A stretch of DNA of 64,000 nt from Patescibacteria group bacterium (GCA_041662665.1 JBAZSC010000001.1:577511-641510), one strand, 5' to 3'; shown: positions 1 through 10,464, counted from the first letter of the stretch. Notes: generated by a model from the letters alone, not told the origin. Numbers and translations are program-made.

Positions 1-924
1 AGATCAATCAAACAAGCTCTTTTATTTAGCTTAAGCGTATTTATTCCTTTATTGCAAGAAAAATTTGACATCATCGAAGCAGATCAAGTTCCATACTTCC
101 AATTATTTCCATTGAAACTAGTTACGCTGTTAAAAAGAAAAAAACTAAATGTTTCTTGGCTTGAAGTCTGGGGTAGAGAATATTGGATGAAATATCTTGG
201 ATGGAAAGGGATTTTCGGTTACTTAGTAGAAAAATTTTCTACTTATTTGCCTGACAATTTCATAGCTATTTCTGAATTAACCAAGGATAAGTTAATCCAG
301 AAATTTAATGTTTCAACAAATAAAATTGTATTTATACCGCCAACTGGAATAGATGAAAACAAATTTAAAAATTTTAAAAAAGTCGAACAATCAGATTGCA
401 TTTATTTTGGCAGACTTCTAAATCATAAAAATGTTGATTTATTTATTGAGGCCATAAATATTCTTAAAATAAAAAAACCAGAAATAAAATGTATAATAGT
501 TGGTGAAGGTCCAGAAAAAGAATCACTCCAAAAGATTACAAAAATATACGAACTTGAAAATAATATTAAATTTCTTGCTTCTCAAGAAGAAAACAAGCTT
601 TTTTCATATGTTAATGCCTCAAAAGTATTCGTTTTTCCTTCAACAAGAGAAGGATTCGGTATCTCAGTCCTAGAGGCAAATGCCTGTGGCAAACAAGCAA
701 TCGTAATCGATCATGAAGATAATGCAGCCAAAGATTTAGTCATCGACAATGTTACAGGGCATACCAGCAAATTAGATAAGTTGCAATTAGCACAAAAGAT
801 TGAGATAGCTTTGCAACAGTATAGCGATGACAGAATTAAGAAGGAATGTATCGAAAAAGCTGCAAGCTATCAGTGGCCAAAGATTATAAATAAAGTCACA
901 AATTTATATAATAATTGTCTTTAA
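1..924 (+). CDS. GT4-family glycosyltransferase, 5' end outside window
   Basis: The ORF is open from position 1 in the same frame as the listed 52..924. The C-terminal domain has GT4 motifs (GRL...K, EGFGISVLEA). Confidence 0.8.
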   Translation, partial: RSIKQALLFSLSVFIPLLQEKFDIIEADQVPYFQLFPLKLVTLLKRKKLNVSWLEVWGREYWMKYLGWKGIFGYLVEKFSTYLPDNFIAISELTKDKLIQKFNVSTNKIVFIPPTGIDENKFKNFKKVEQSDCIYFGRLLNHKNVDLFIEAINILKIKKPEIKCIIVGEGPEKESLQKITKIYELENNIKFLASQEENKLFSYVNASKVFVFPSTREGFGISVLEANACGKQAIVIDHEDNAAKDLVIDNVTGHTSKLDKLQLAQKIEIALQQYSDDRIKKECIEKAASYQWPKIINKVTNLYNNCL

Positions 925-953
925 TATATTTATTAATAATTAAAACAAACAAA

Positions 954-1523
954 ATGAAGAACAAAAAAGTATTGATTCTGTCATTAGTTTTAGGTGGAGC
1001 ATTTATTTTGACTACCGCCTTTGCTAGTGCAGCATCAATTTGGACAATCGACAATGGTCTAGTTAACAAAGTACTAACTATTGGTAACAAGAAAAACAAA
1101 GGTAAACTCTACGTAAAGGGTAAAATTTCTAACCCAAATAAGAAAAAATCAGTTACTGTTGATGACAATCTAAAAGTTAAAGGCACAGCTACGATTGAAG
1201 AGAATCTTAGCGTTGCAGGCACCACTACAATTAATGATGTTATTGATGGAGACGGTCTCTATAGAACGCCGGGGATAATTAAAGCGGCTGTGCATCTTTT
1301 AAGTAATGGTACTATATCTAAGTCATTTAACAAACTTTCCAATGAAGATGTAAGCTCAACAGCCATTAATGAAACTACAACTCAATTAGATTTTGGAGCA
1401 GATCTATCAAACGAATATATACAATTAACTGGGGTTTCAACTAATTTTTCACACATCGAAACCATATCTGGAGAAACCATAACTGTTCATTGTGGAGTTG
1501 TCTGCTATATAACAGTCTACTAG
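954..1523 (+). CDS. secreted hypothetical protein with Sec signal peptide (MKNKKVLILSLVLGGAFILTTAFASA) and a K/T-rich repetitive beta-rich mature region
   Basis: Start moved to the ATG at 954, where the signal peptide begins. There is no recognisable catalytic motif. Confidence 0.55.
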   Translation: MKNKKVLILSLVLGGAFILTTAFASAASIWTIDNGLVNKVLTIGNKKNKGKLYVKGKISNPNKKKSVTVDDNLKVKGTATIEENLSVAGTTTINDVIDGDGLYRTPGIIKAAVHLLSNGTISKSFNKLSNEDVSSTAINETTTQLDFGADLSNEYIQLTGVSTNFSHIETISGETITVHCGVVCYITVY

Positions 1524-1582
1524 ATTTCAGGTAGCACTAAAAATAATTAGTGCTACTCATTAATCTAGTATTCAAAATATTT

Positions 1583-2680
1583 ATGAAAATTATTCAAACT
1601 CCTGTTCGATTTTATCCAGCAATTGGCGGAGTCGAAAAATATGCCTTAGATTTGAGCTCTGAATTAGCCAAAAACAATAATGTCAAAGTTATTTGTGCAG
1701 ATGAACCTAAGACAAATCTTAACGAATCAAATAGTATAAAAATAAGTAGGCTTAGAACCTTTTTAAAAATTGCAAATACAAATATTACTTTATCTTTACC
1801 ATTTAGATTGCTAAGAGAAAAATTTGACTTGATTCACACTTATTTCCCAACTCCATGGAGTTCTGATTGGTCAGTTCTAATCGCAAAACTCAAAGGCAAA
1901 AAGGCAGTAATATCTTATTGTAATGATATAAAAGGAAGCGGAATCAGCGATATTATTGCAAAAATATATAATAATACAGTTCTAAGGCTTACATTGAGAC
2001 TAGCTGATAAAATTATCATTATCGGCCCAAATTTTTTAGAAACATCTAAATATTTAAAAAAATATTCAAATAAAATAATATTTATTCCAATTGGTGTTGA
2101 TACTGAAAAATTCAAAAAAATAAATATTGATAAAGAAAAAAATACATTATTTTTCTTAAGCATTTTAGATGAATATCATCAGTACAAAGGATTAGATTAT
2201 CTTCTTGAAGCAATCAGGTTAGTTAAAAAAGAAAATCCAGACGTTAAATTGATTGTTGGAGGAAAAGGAAAATTACAAAGTGATTATATTAAAAAAGCAA
2301 AAGGTTTAGGTATTGAAAGCAATGTCAAATTTATTGGATTTGTTGCTGATAATGAATTAATTAGTTATTATAATAAATGCGAGTGTTTTATTCTTCCTTC
2401 ATGCGATTCAGAGCAAGAAGGGTTTGGAATTGTCCTGCTTGAAGCACTATCCTGCGACACTCCAGTCATAGCAACAGACGTTGTCGGCATAGCAAGGGAA
2501 ATAAAAGAAAATAATGCTGGAATAATTATAGAGCCAAAAAAAGCCGACCAACTGGCAAGTGCAATAAATACCTTACTTAGAGATCCAGCAGTTTATACAA
2601 AAAACATTGATAATCTTGTTTCAAAGTACTGTATCCAGAAAACTGCTCAACAAGTAAGAAAACTGTATAATTCTCTTTAA
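1583..2680 (+). CDS. GT4 glycosyltransferase
   Basis: Carries EQEGFGIVLLEALSCDTPVIATDVVG, the GT4 E-x7-E region. Start trimmed to the ATG at 1583 (MKIIQTP). Confidence 0.8.
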   Translation: MKIIQTPVRFYPAIGGVEKYALDLSSELAKNNNVKVICADEPKTNLNESNSIKISRLRTFLKIANTNITLSLPFRLLREKFDLIHTYFPTPWSSDWSVLIAKLKGKKAVISYCNDIKGSGISDIIAKIYNNTVLRLTLRLADKIIIIGPNFLETSKYLKKYSNKIIFIPIGVDTEKFKKINIDKEKNTLFFLSILDEYHQYKGLDYLLEAIRLVKKENPDVKLIVGGKGKLQSDYIKKAKGLGIESNVKFIGFVADNELISYYNKCECFILPSCDSEQEGFGIVLLEALSCDTPVIATDVVGIAREIKENNAGIIIEPKKADQLASAINTLLRDPAVYTKNIDNLVSKYCIQKTAQQVRKLYNSL

Positions 2681-2705
2681 GAATTTACTAAAATAAAAAA
2701 GCGTA

Positions 2706-4265
2706 ATGAAAAACAAAACAAAATATCTAATTTTCCTATCACTATTGCTCGCAATAGGTATTTTGTTTTATACTAGTATTTTTTATAACCAATATCCAAT
2801 TCTTTTAGGCGATGATGGAATTAGGCATATCAGCCATGCTCAGGAAATTATTAAAACAGGATATCCAAATCAAGTTCTTGATCCTCCAGTATTCCATATT
2901 TTGATTGCTACAATTTCCTTAATAACAGGCCAATCTAGTGCTACAGTCCTTACGTTTGGAGTTCCATTTATATTAATGCTTGTCCTCGCAGCAATTTTCA
3001 TGTTTGCAAAGAAAGCTTTTGGAATAAATATCGCTATTTTAGCATGTTTTTTAGTTGCTTTTGTTTCAAGACAGCCGATTCAAACATTGGAAGATGGTTC
3101 ATTACCAAGTGTCTTTACTAGCGGTTTCTTATTTATTTTTGGATTATATTTCTTATATCAAGCGCTAAAAAGTAACTACGATGTTCGGTATATCTCGTTA
3201 TCTTCCATTTTCTTTATATGTCTAATCTTGACCCATCATCTTACATTTACATATTTTTGTATATTTTTAGGCTTAATGTTTATCTATCTACTAGTAAATT
3301 CACTAATTAAAAAAGACTTCAGAGCATTATTGATCTTTTTAATCATATGTGCAGCAATCGCTATCCTTGGTTTTTTGTTTGCCTTGCCATATTATGGATA
3401 TGCAATAATCAATAGCGTTTTTAAAAATATATTTCCAGATATTGCAGTCGGAGGAACAAATGCAGCTCAAATAGTATTGGCAGAAACTGATGTTATGCCA
3501 TCATTCGCAAGGATTAGCGATCTACTGAGCAATAATTTATTGCTTTATTTAACAATTCTAGGAATTATTTTATGTATATTTTTTAAAGCTAAAAATAATA
3601 AAACAAATGACTTTTCTGCTCCAATACTTTTTTCCTGGCTATTGGCATTAATTATTGGCGCATCAATACCAATAACAGTAGAACATCTCCGCTATATGCG
3701 TGATATGGCCATACCGATTTGTATCTTATCAAGCATCGCTATAATTCTGAGCATCAGCATTATAAATAATATAAAATACAAACTGTATGTTTCATTTGCA
3801 ATTACACTTTTACTTATTATTCCAACAGCAAAAAGAGTTGACCACATAATTAGCTATAATACGATGCAAAGAGTTCAGCCTGTAGATACGCAAGCAATCA
3901 ATTGGATAAAAAACAATACTCTGAAAAACTCTAAAATCTTAATTACTCCTGGTTTTGGAACAAGAGGTTGGGGAGATTATATATCGTTATTAACAGATCG
4001 TGAAACAGTTATCATTCAAAACATTAAAGATAAAAAAGAATATTTAGCTTTTAACGATCCAGACAACGAATCATCAAAAAAGTATTTTCAAGAAAATAAC
4101 ATTAGCTATATTTATGCGGGCAAGGAACCAATTGGCTGGTGGCCTGGGTTAGAAAAATTTCCATGGCATAATAGCAATCTAACAAAAGCTAGTAATTTGG
4201 ATAAAAAAACCGAATTCAATAGTAAATTCGGCAATGTAGAGATATTCGAAGTTTTGAATAACTAA
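2706..4265 (+). CDS. GT-C polytopic membrane glycosyltransferase, candidate STT3/AglB/PglB-like oligosaccharyltransferase (GT66-like)
   Basis: About 12 TM segments, then a C-terminal soluble domain. The first loop has GDDGIRH, resembling the STT3 DPYFNYR motif. The C-terminal domain has RGWGDYISLLTDRETVIIQN, resembling WWDYGYxI...RTTLVDNN. It is a paralog of 22307..24409. Confidence 0.55.
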   Translation: MKNKTKYLIFLSLLLAIGILFYTSIFYNQYPILLGDDGIRHISHAQEIIKTGYPNQVLDPPVFHILIATISLITGQSSATVLTFGVPFILMLVLAAIFMFAKKAFGINIAILACFLVAFVSRQPIQTLEDGSLPSVFTSGFLFIFGLYFLYQALKSNYDVRYISLSSIFFICLILTHHLTFTYFCIFLGLMFIYLLVNSLIKKDFRALLIFLIICAAIAILGFLFALPYYGYAIINSVFKNIFPDIAVGGTNAAQIVLAETDVMPSFARISDLLSNNLLLYLTILGIILCIFFKAKNNKTNDFSAPILFSWLLALIIGASIPITVEHLRYMRDMAIPICILSSIAIILSISIINNIKYKLYVSFAITLLLIIPTAKRVDHIISYNTMQRVQPVDTQAINWIKNNTLKNSKILITPGFGTRGWGDYISLLTDRETVIIQNIKDKKEYLAFNDPDNESSKKYFQENNISYIYAGKEPIGWWPGLEKFPWHNSNLTKASNLDKKTEFNSKFGNVEIFEVLNN

Positions 4266-5221
4266 TATTTAATTAAAAAAATCCTTTTATCAAATAGTTT
4301 CCTTATTTCTTTATTCGAAATACGGATTTTTTTTTGTATTATATTTCTCTTTTTAAAAACCAAGCCTATTTTTTTAAAAGCATCAATTTTTGACTTCAAA
4401 AAAAGTTTTAGTTTGCGTCTTTTCAAATAAACAAAGAAACCAGTAATCTGACCAAGTAAAATATACATTCCATATCTAAAAATTAATCCAACTGGAAAAT
4501 TTTTAGCTATCAACCAAATATGATTTCTCTGATTATAAAAGCAAGAAAAATCGCTACCTGATTTCGAGCTTGCAGAAATCTTATGATAAACAAATGATTT
4601 TTCAGATTTTAAAGCTTTATATCCGAGCAAATGACCGCGAAACGCGAGATCAACATCTTCAGCATACATAAAAAAATCAGAATCAAAATATTTTCCATCT
4701 ATTTCAATGTCTCTCAGCATTTTTGTAGAATATAAAGCAGCTCCGCCACATGGTCCTAAGTACTTATAATTATCATTTTTAATGCTGAAACTTAAGCCAG
4801 ATTTTGTTATTAAAATACCCTCATTATCAATCTTTTTTTGATCATAATAGTTAATCATAATTCCGCCGATCATCCCAACATCATTATCAGCAAACTTTAT
4901 CATCTCCCGTAAAAAATTTGGCTCCACAACAGTGTCATTATTCAAGCAAAGAACATAATCAGTACCATTTTTTAAGGCAGCAGAAATACCGATATTATTG
5001 CCTTCAGCAAATCCGTAATTACGGTTATTGCAAATTAATTTAATAAAATTGCCAAATTTATCTTTGAGTATTTTTGCTTCACTATTCTTAGAATTATTAT
5101 CGACTAAAATTACTTCATAATTATCATAATTAATATTTTTTAACGAATTCAAACATTCCATAGTATCGCTAAGGCCATTCCAATTTAAAATAACAATTGA
5201 TACCCTTGGATTATTGCTCAT
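4262..5221 (-). CDS. GT2 glycosyltransferase
   Basis: The N-terminus VSIVILNWNGLSDTMECLNSL...VILVDNNS is the GT2 signature. Confidence 0.85.
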   Translation of the reverse strand: MSNNPRVSIVILNWNGLSDTMECLNSLKNINYDNYEVILVDNNSKNSEAKILKDKFGNFIKLICNNRNYGFAEGNNIGISAALKNGTDYVLCLNNDTVVEPNFLREMIKFADNDVGMIGGIMINYYDQKKIDNEGILITKSGLSFSIKNDNYKYLGPCGGAALYSTKMLRDIEIDGKYFDSDFFMYAEDVDLAFRGHLLGYKALKSEKSFVYHKISASSKSGSDFSCFYNQRNHIWLIAKNFPVGLIFRYGMYILLGQITGFFVYLKRRKLKLFLKSKIDAFKKIGLVFKKRNIIQKKIRISNKEIRKLFDKRIFLIKY

Positions 5222-6329
5222 TTACACGAGTTAAAACTTCTAAAGTTTGTTTAGCGCATTTTTCCCATGAAAATAATCTAGCGCGCTCTAGACCTTTTGA
5301 AGAAAGATTACTTCTCAATAAATCATCATCAATCAAACCCAAAATTCTTTCTGCAATTTCTTCAATAGAATATGGATTGTTAATCAAGATGCCGGCATCA
5401 GAGCAAATCTCAGGAAGTGAAGAAACATTTGACGTAACTACCGGAGTTCCGCATGCCATTGCTTCTAAAAGAGGCAAGCCAAAACCTTCATACAGAGAAG
5501 GAAGAACAAAACATTTTGCGCCAGAAATCAATGCTGATAAATCATTTTCAGGAACATAATCAGTAAATATGACATTGTCTTTTAGTCTAAGTTCCGAAAC
5601 TGCATTAAAAATATCATCATATAGCCAGCCCTTTTTACCAACAATAACAAGTTTTTCTTTTCTTCCTTTTTTCACTAGCAAATCATAAGCTCTAATTAAT
5701 CTTTCGACATTCTTTCTTTTTTGCAACGTTCCAACAAAAATAATGTAGTCATTATTTATTTTATATCTTATCTTAGTTTTCTCAATTTCTTCGCTCGATC
5801 TTCTATAAAATTTATTCTTATCATAACCAAGATAGATAACAGAAATTTTTTCTGGCTTAACGTCATAGAATTCAATAATATCGTTTTTTGTTGATATTGA
5901 ATCAGCAATTAAATGATCAGAATATTTTATTGCAAAATTAGTTGTCAATTTAGACAGCATTATATAATCAAAATTTGTAAAATATTCTCTAAATTTTTTG
6001 TAAGCCAAGTCATGGATAACTGCTACTTTTTTGCAGCCTGTATAAAAGGGGATAGAGTGAGCTGGTGCAAAAAACAAATCAAATTTATCTTTATTCGTCA
6101 AAAAATGGTAAGTTAGTCTAGTTTGAGGCCAGCACATTTTGGGATTCTTCAATATCTTCAAATCAATCTTTCTTGAATCAAAATTATTAGCACAATCCTC
6201 ATTAACAAACAAAGTATAATCATTACTATGATCAATTTTGACAATATTATCTAATAGATTAGTAAAATATCCAGATATTCCATCTTTCTGTTTCTCAAAA
6301 TATGGCCTTGAATCAATTGCTATGTTCAT
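5211..6329 (-). CDS. GT4 glycosyltransferase (tandem paralog 1)
   Basis: Carries GT4 C-terminal motifs (EGFGLPLLEAMACGTPVV). It is very similar to the adjacent 6331..7482. Confidence 0.85.
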   Translation of the reverse strand: MNIAIDSRPYFEKQKDGISGYFTNLLDNIVKIDHSNDYTLFVNEDCANNFDSRKIDLKILKNPKMCWPQTRLTYHFLTNKDKFDLFFAPAHSIPFYTGCKKVAVIHDLAYKKFREYFTNFDYIMLSKLTTNFAIKYSDHLIADSISTKNDIIEFYDVKPEKISVIYLGYDKNKFYRRSSEEIEKTKIRYKINNDYIIFVGTLQKRKNVERLIRAYDLLVKKGRKEKLVIVGKKGWLYDDIFNAVSELRLKDNVIFTDYVPENDLSALISGAKCFVLPSLYEGFGLPLLEAMACGTPVVTSNVSSLPEICSDAGILINNPYSIEEIAERILGLIDDDLLRSNLSSKGLERARLFSWEKCAKQTLEVLTRVNEQ

Positions 6330-6330
6330 T

Positions 6331-7482
6331 TTATCTAATATAATTATTAAAAACTTTTAAGTATTCATCAGACATTTTCTTCCAGGAAAAGTAATTTACT
6401 CTCTTCAAGCCACGCTTTGAAAAATCATTTCTTAAATTATTATCAGTAATTATTAATTTAATCTTCTCGGCTATTTCTTCAACTGAATTAGGATTGTTAA
6501 TTAAGACTGCTGCATCAGATGTAACTTCTGGTAGTGAAGAAATATTTGAAGCAACTACAGGAGTTCCAGTAGCCATTGATTCCAAAATAGGAATACCAAA
6601 ACCCTCGTATAGAGATGGCAAAACAAAAACTTTTGCGCCGGCTAATAATGGAGAGATGTCATCTTTAGAGACATAATCAGTGAATATTACATCGTTTTCT
6701 AACTTTTTTTCCATAATAGTTGCAAAAATATCTTGATAAAGCCAGCCTTTTTTGCCTGCGATTACAAGTTTTTCATTAATTTCATATTTTTTCTTCAGTA
6801 AATCAAAAGCTAATATTAAATTTCTGATATTTTTTCTTTTTTGAAGAGTGCCTACAAAAAGCATATATTCAGAGTCTATATTGTATTTTTGTTTTAACCT
6901 AATGATTTCAGACTTTTTTTGCAAGCAAAATTTATTTTTATCATAACCCAAATAAACGACATTAATCTTTTCGTGAGAAACATTGTAAAACTTGATTAAA
7001 TCATTTTTTGTGGCAATCGAATCTGCAAAAATTTTCTTAGATTTTAGGATAGTTAGTCTAGCAAAAAATTTAAAAATCAAACGGTCTTTAAAATTAAAAC
7101 ATTCCTGTTGAGTTAGAAAAGAAAGATCATGAATTACAGTAAACAAATTTGTTGTACAAAATAAAGGCCCCATCTGATTAGTTGATAAAAAAATATCCAA
7201 CTTATCTTTCGCAATCATGATTGGTAAAGACAAAACATTCCAAAATAAAAACATTAGAATGTCTCTTCCTACTGATGGTTTTAATTTACATATTCTAATT
7301 GAAAAATTATCAGGCAAAATAAAATCAGGAGCCAAATCATAATAAGAATACAAAACATACTTGTTATTGCGATCAAGTTTTAAATTTTCTATTAAATTAT
7401 AAATAAAAGTCTCAGTACCAGTTTTTTCAACTCTATGGATACCAGTAACATCTATTCCGATTTTTAATTGCTTGATTGCCAT
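6331..7482 (-). CDS. GT4 glycosyltransferase (tandem paralog 2)
   Basis: Carries EGFGIPILESMATGTPVV. It is colinear with 5211..6329. Confidence 0.85.
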   Translation of the reverse strand: MAIKQLKIGIDVTGIHRVEKTGTETFIYNLIENLKLDRNNKYVLYSYYDLAPDFILPDNFSIRICKLKPSVGRDILMFLFWNVLSLPIMIAKDKLDIFLSTNQMGPLFCTTNLFTVIHDLSFLTQQECFNFKDRLIFKFFARLTILKSKKIFADSIATKNDLIKFYNVSHEKINVVYLGYDKNKFCLQKKSEIIRLKQKYNIDSEYMLFVGTLQKRKNIRNLILAFDLLKKKYEINEKLVIAGKKGWLYQDIFATIMEKKLENDVIFTDYVSKDDISPLLAGAKVFVLPSLYEGFGIPILESMATGTPVVASNISSLPEVTSDAAVLINNPNSVEEIAEKIKLIITDNNLRNDFSKRGLKRVNYFSWKKMSDEYLKVFNNYIR

Positions 7483-7550
7483 TTATATGCTTAAATTAAA
7501 TAAATACTCAAATTTCACTGAACTAAATTAAGATAAATATATAAGCTTGT

Positions 7551-8702
7551 ATGAAAGTCGCAATAGTACGTGGAGCAACAATCAATAAATGGGAAATGCA
7601 AAATTACGAGCCTCTCGCAAAAAATTTTAGCGTAGAAGGAATTTATGCAAAGCCACAATTTTTTAAAACAGAAGATATAAAATTACCGCTTATGAATTTT
7701 TTTTCTCTGGCAAAACCAATTAATGATTCAAAAATTGGCCATTATTTTGGTGAATTCTTTTTTGGCAATATAGATTATCCTTTTTTTCTAACAAAATATT
7801 TATCAAAATTCGATATTATAAATACAATTGAAACATTTAATCCTTATACTATCCAATCGCTAGATTCAAAAAAGAAAAATCCTAAGCAGAAAGTTATTGT
7901 AACAGTATGGGAAAATATACCATTTAATAATGAATTTTTCAATAAACAACGATTAAACAAGAAAAAAACATTGAAAGAAGCGGATCATTTTATTGCAACC
8001 TCGATTCGTGCAAAAGAAGCATTGATACTAGAAGGCGCTGATCCAAAAAAAATTACAGTCTTGTATATGGGAATAGATCTAAACAGATTTAAACCTCAGT
8101 CAAAAGATACTGAAATGCTTAACAGACTAGGATTTAAAAAAAATGATTTTATTATTCTTTGCATCGGCAGATTGGTTTGGGAAAAGGGGATACAAGATGT
8201 CTTAAAATCGGTGGCAAGCATAATAAGAAAAAATTCAAAAGTTAAATTATTGATAGTCGGGGACGGTCCTATGTCTAAGAAAATTACTTCATTATCGAAA
8301 AAAATGAAAATTGATAAAAATATCAGATTAATTAAGAACTTTCCTTATCAAGATCTACCAAAAGTACATAACTTGGCTGATATCTTCGTCTTGCCAAGCA
8401 TTCCAGTAAAACAATGGCAGGAACAATTTGGTATGGTTTTTATAGAGAGCATGGCATGCGCCAAACCAGTCATTTCTACATTATCAGGATCAATTCCTGA
8501 AGTTATCGGGGATGCGGGAATCTTAGTATCACCAGCAGATAGCTATGAATTGTCTAAAAAAATAGATTTATTGTATAAGAACAAGAATTTAAGGATTGAG
8601 TTAGGTACTAAAGCAAGAAAAAGAGCATTAGATCTATTTGACTGTCAAAAAGCTGGAGAAAAAATAAGTCAAATATTCCAAAAAGTTTACAATCAAAATT
8701 AA
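7551..8702 (+). CDS. GT4 glycosyltransferase
   Basis: Carries EQFGMVFIESMACAKPVISTLSGSIPEV. Confidence 0.8.
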   Translation: MKVAIVRGATINKWEMQNYEPLAKNFSVEGIYAKPQFFKTEDIKLPLMNFFSLAKPINDSKIGHYFGEFFFGNIDYPFFLTKYLSKFDIINTIETFNPYTIQSLDSKKKNPKQKVIVTVWENIPFNNEFFNKQRLNKKKTLKEADHFIATSIRAKEALILEGADPKKITVLYMGIDLNRFKPQSKDTEMLNRLGFKKNDFIILCIGRLVWEKGIQDVLKSVASIIRKNSKVKLLIVGDGPMSKKITSLSKKMKIDKNIRLIKNFPYQDLPKVHNLADIFVLPSIPVKQWQEQFGMVFIESMACAKPVISTLSGSIPEVIGDAGILVSPADSYELSKKIDLLYKNKNLRIELGTKARKRALDLFDCQKAGEKISQIFQKVYNQN

Positions 8703-9853
8703 AGATTAGCAAAAATATCAATAGTTTTTAAAGCAGCTCTATCCCATGTAAATCTCTTAACATTTTCGTGGGATTTTTTAATTAATTCATTTCTAAGATC
8801 AGAATCGGATAGAATTTTTGTCATCGCATTTTTTATTGAATCAGTATCTAACGGATCAACTAAAATCGCTCCAATGTTAGCAATCTCTTTTAATGAAGAA
8901 TTGTCAGAGGTTACAACTGGACATCCAAATCGCATTGCATCAGCTACTGGCAAACCAAAACCTTCATAAAGAGAAGGAAAAACAAACAATGCAGCATTTC
9001 TATACAAATTAGGAAGATCTTTATTATCAATAAAACCTGCAAAAATAACGTTCTTTTTAAGATTTAATTTAGAAATAATACTATCTAGTTCAATTTTATC
9101 ATTTGTTGGAATCTTGCCAGCTAAAATTAATTTATAGTTGTTCTTAATATCTAAATCTAATTTATTGTAGGACTCAAGAATCATTTTAACGTTTTTTCTA
9201 AAATCATATCCGCCTAAATGAAGAATATATTTGCCTTCAATTCCGTATTTCTTAATATTTGATTTTTCTAATTTATCGAACCTAACATCTACTCCAGGAT
9301 ATGCAACAAAAACTTTATTTCTATCAAATTTAATTTTTGAAAGTAAATCATTTTTAGCACTTTCAGAAATTGCTAATATTGCATTAGAATCAGTAAAACT
9401 TTGCAAATAATTAAGATATTTTTTCTTCAACTTTTCAGATCTTAAATATTGCTTTTCAAAAATCAGCGGAATCATATCAAAAAATACTCTTATGACTTTA
9501 TAGTTTCCTTTCTGAATTCTAAAATCGCTATCACCAGTAGAAAAAGTCAACAAAATATCAACGTTATTTTTTTCGAGAGTTTTTTTAAGTAGATAGCTTT
9601 CAATAAACTGAAAATTTCTATAAAAATTAAAATAAATATTACTATCAATAAAAGATAATGGTTTTAAAATAGTATATTTTTCTAAATTAAGTATGCTAAA
9701 ATTTGAAAAATTATTATATCCAATTATAAAGAATTCATGATTTCCAGAATGCTTTTCAAGCAAAGATTTTGTCAAATTTTTTGCAACGTAACCAAAGCCT
9801 CTGTAAGAGTAGGGTAAAAACTGCGCGATTCTAACATCTAAAGCAATTTTCAT
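8699..9853 (-). CDS. GT4 glycosyltransferase
   Basis: Carries EGFGLPVADAMRFGCPVVTSDNSSLKE. Confidence 0.8.
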   Translation of the reverse strand: MKIALDVRIAQFLPYSYRGFGYVAKNLTKSLLEKHSGNHEFFIIGYNNFSNFSILNLEKYTILKPLSFIDSNIYFNFYRNFQFIESYLLKKTLEKNNVDILLTFSTGDSDFRIQKGNYKVIRVFFDMIPLIFEKQYLRSEKLKKKYLNYLQSFTDSNAILAISESAKNDLLSKIKFDRNKVFVAYPGVDVRFDKLEKSNIKKYGIEGKYILHLGGYDFRKNVKMILESYNKLDLDIKNNYKLILAGKIPTNDKIELDSIISKLNLKKNVIFAGFIDNKDLPNLYRNAALFVFPSLYEGFGLPVADAMRFGCPVVTSDNSSLKEIANIGAILVDPLDTDSIKNAMTKILSDSDLRNELIKKSHENVKRFTWDRAALKTIDIFANL

Positions 9854-10464
9854 TTTTTTGCTACTATATAAGAATTTATCCCAGTAATTTTTAAATTAAT
9901 AATGCTCTCAAAACTGCGTTTTAGATAATCGTATATGCTATTAGCAGAAATAAGACTGCATGAATCAACAATTTTAAAACCCTGTTCTTTCAATAAATCA
10001 GAAAGCAAGAGTAATGGATATGGTCGAACATGAGTTGGATCAAGCCAGAATATTTCTGACATAACCTGAAACGAAGCAGAATTAGGAGTTATAATACCCA
10101 AAACTCCTTCGTCGGACAAAGAATTATAGCAGGAATGCAATAAATGCTTTGCATCGTTAACGGAAAAGTGTTCAATGATATGCCCCAAGAATATGCCGTC
10201 AAACTTATTTTTATTTTTGTTCAAAAAATCTACAATATTACTCTTATAAACATTCAAGTTTTTTTCTTTGCAACATTTTATTGATTCATCGCTATTGTCA
10301 ACCCCGATTGATTTAACGTTAATTCCTTTTAACATTTCCATAAAAACTCCTCGACCACAACCTAGATCTAGAACATTTTTGCGACCTGCAAAAAAATTCA
10401 AAAAATATTTTTGAGTTTTATAGACATCTAATTCTGAGCCACCAAAATTATATTGAGATTTCAT
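9850..10464 (-). CDS. class I SAM-dependent methyltransferase
   Basis: Carries motif I, VLDLGCGRGVF. Its stop and start overlap the neighbouring genes, so it is operonic. Confidence 0.8.
   Translation of the reverse strand: MKSQYNFGGSELDVYKTQKYFLNFFAGRKNVLDLGCGRGVFMEMLKGINVKSIGVDNSDESIKCCKEKNLNVYKSNIVDFLNKNKNKFDGIFLGHIIEHFSVNDAKHLLHSCYNSLSDEGVLGIITPNSASFQVMSEIFWLDPTHVRPYPLLLLSDLLKEQGFKIVDSCSLISANSIYDYLKRSFESIINLKITGINSYIVAKK

Noticed and set aside
896-2163. Small minus-strand ORFs 896..1099 and 1915..2163
   Set aside because: They overlap GT4 coding sequences on the opposite strand and are hydrophobic low-complexity translations typical of AT-rich antisense frames.
5197-6676. Plus-strand ORFs 5197..5559 and 6494..6676 with similar translations (SGSEETFDVTTGVP... 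and SGSEEIFEATTGVP...)
   Set aside because: Both are antisense to the conserved C-terminal domains of the two tandem GT4 paralogs. Their similarity is a mirror of the sense-strand paralogy and is not evidence of genes.
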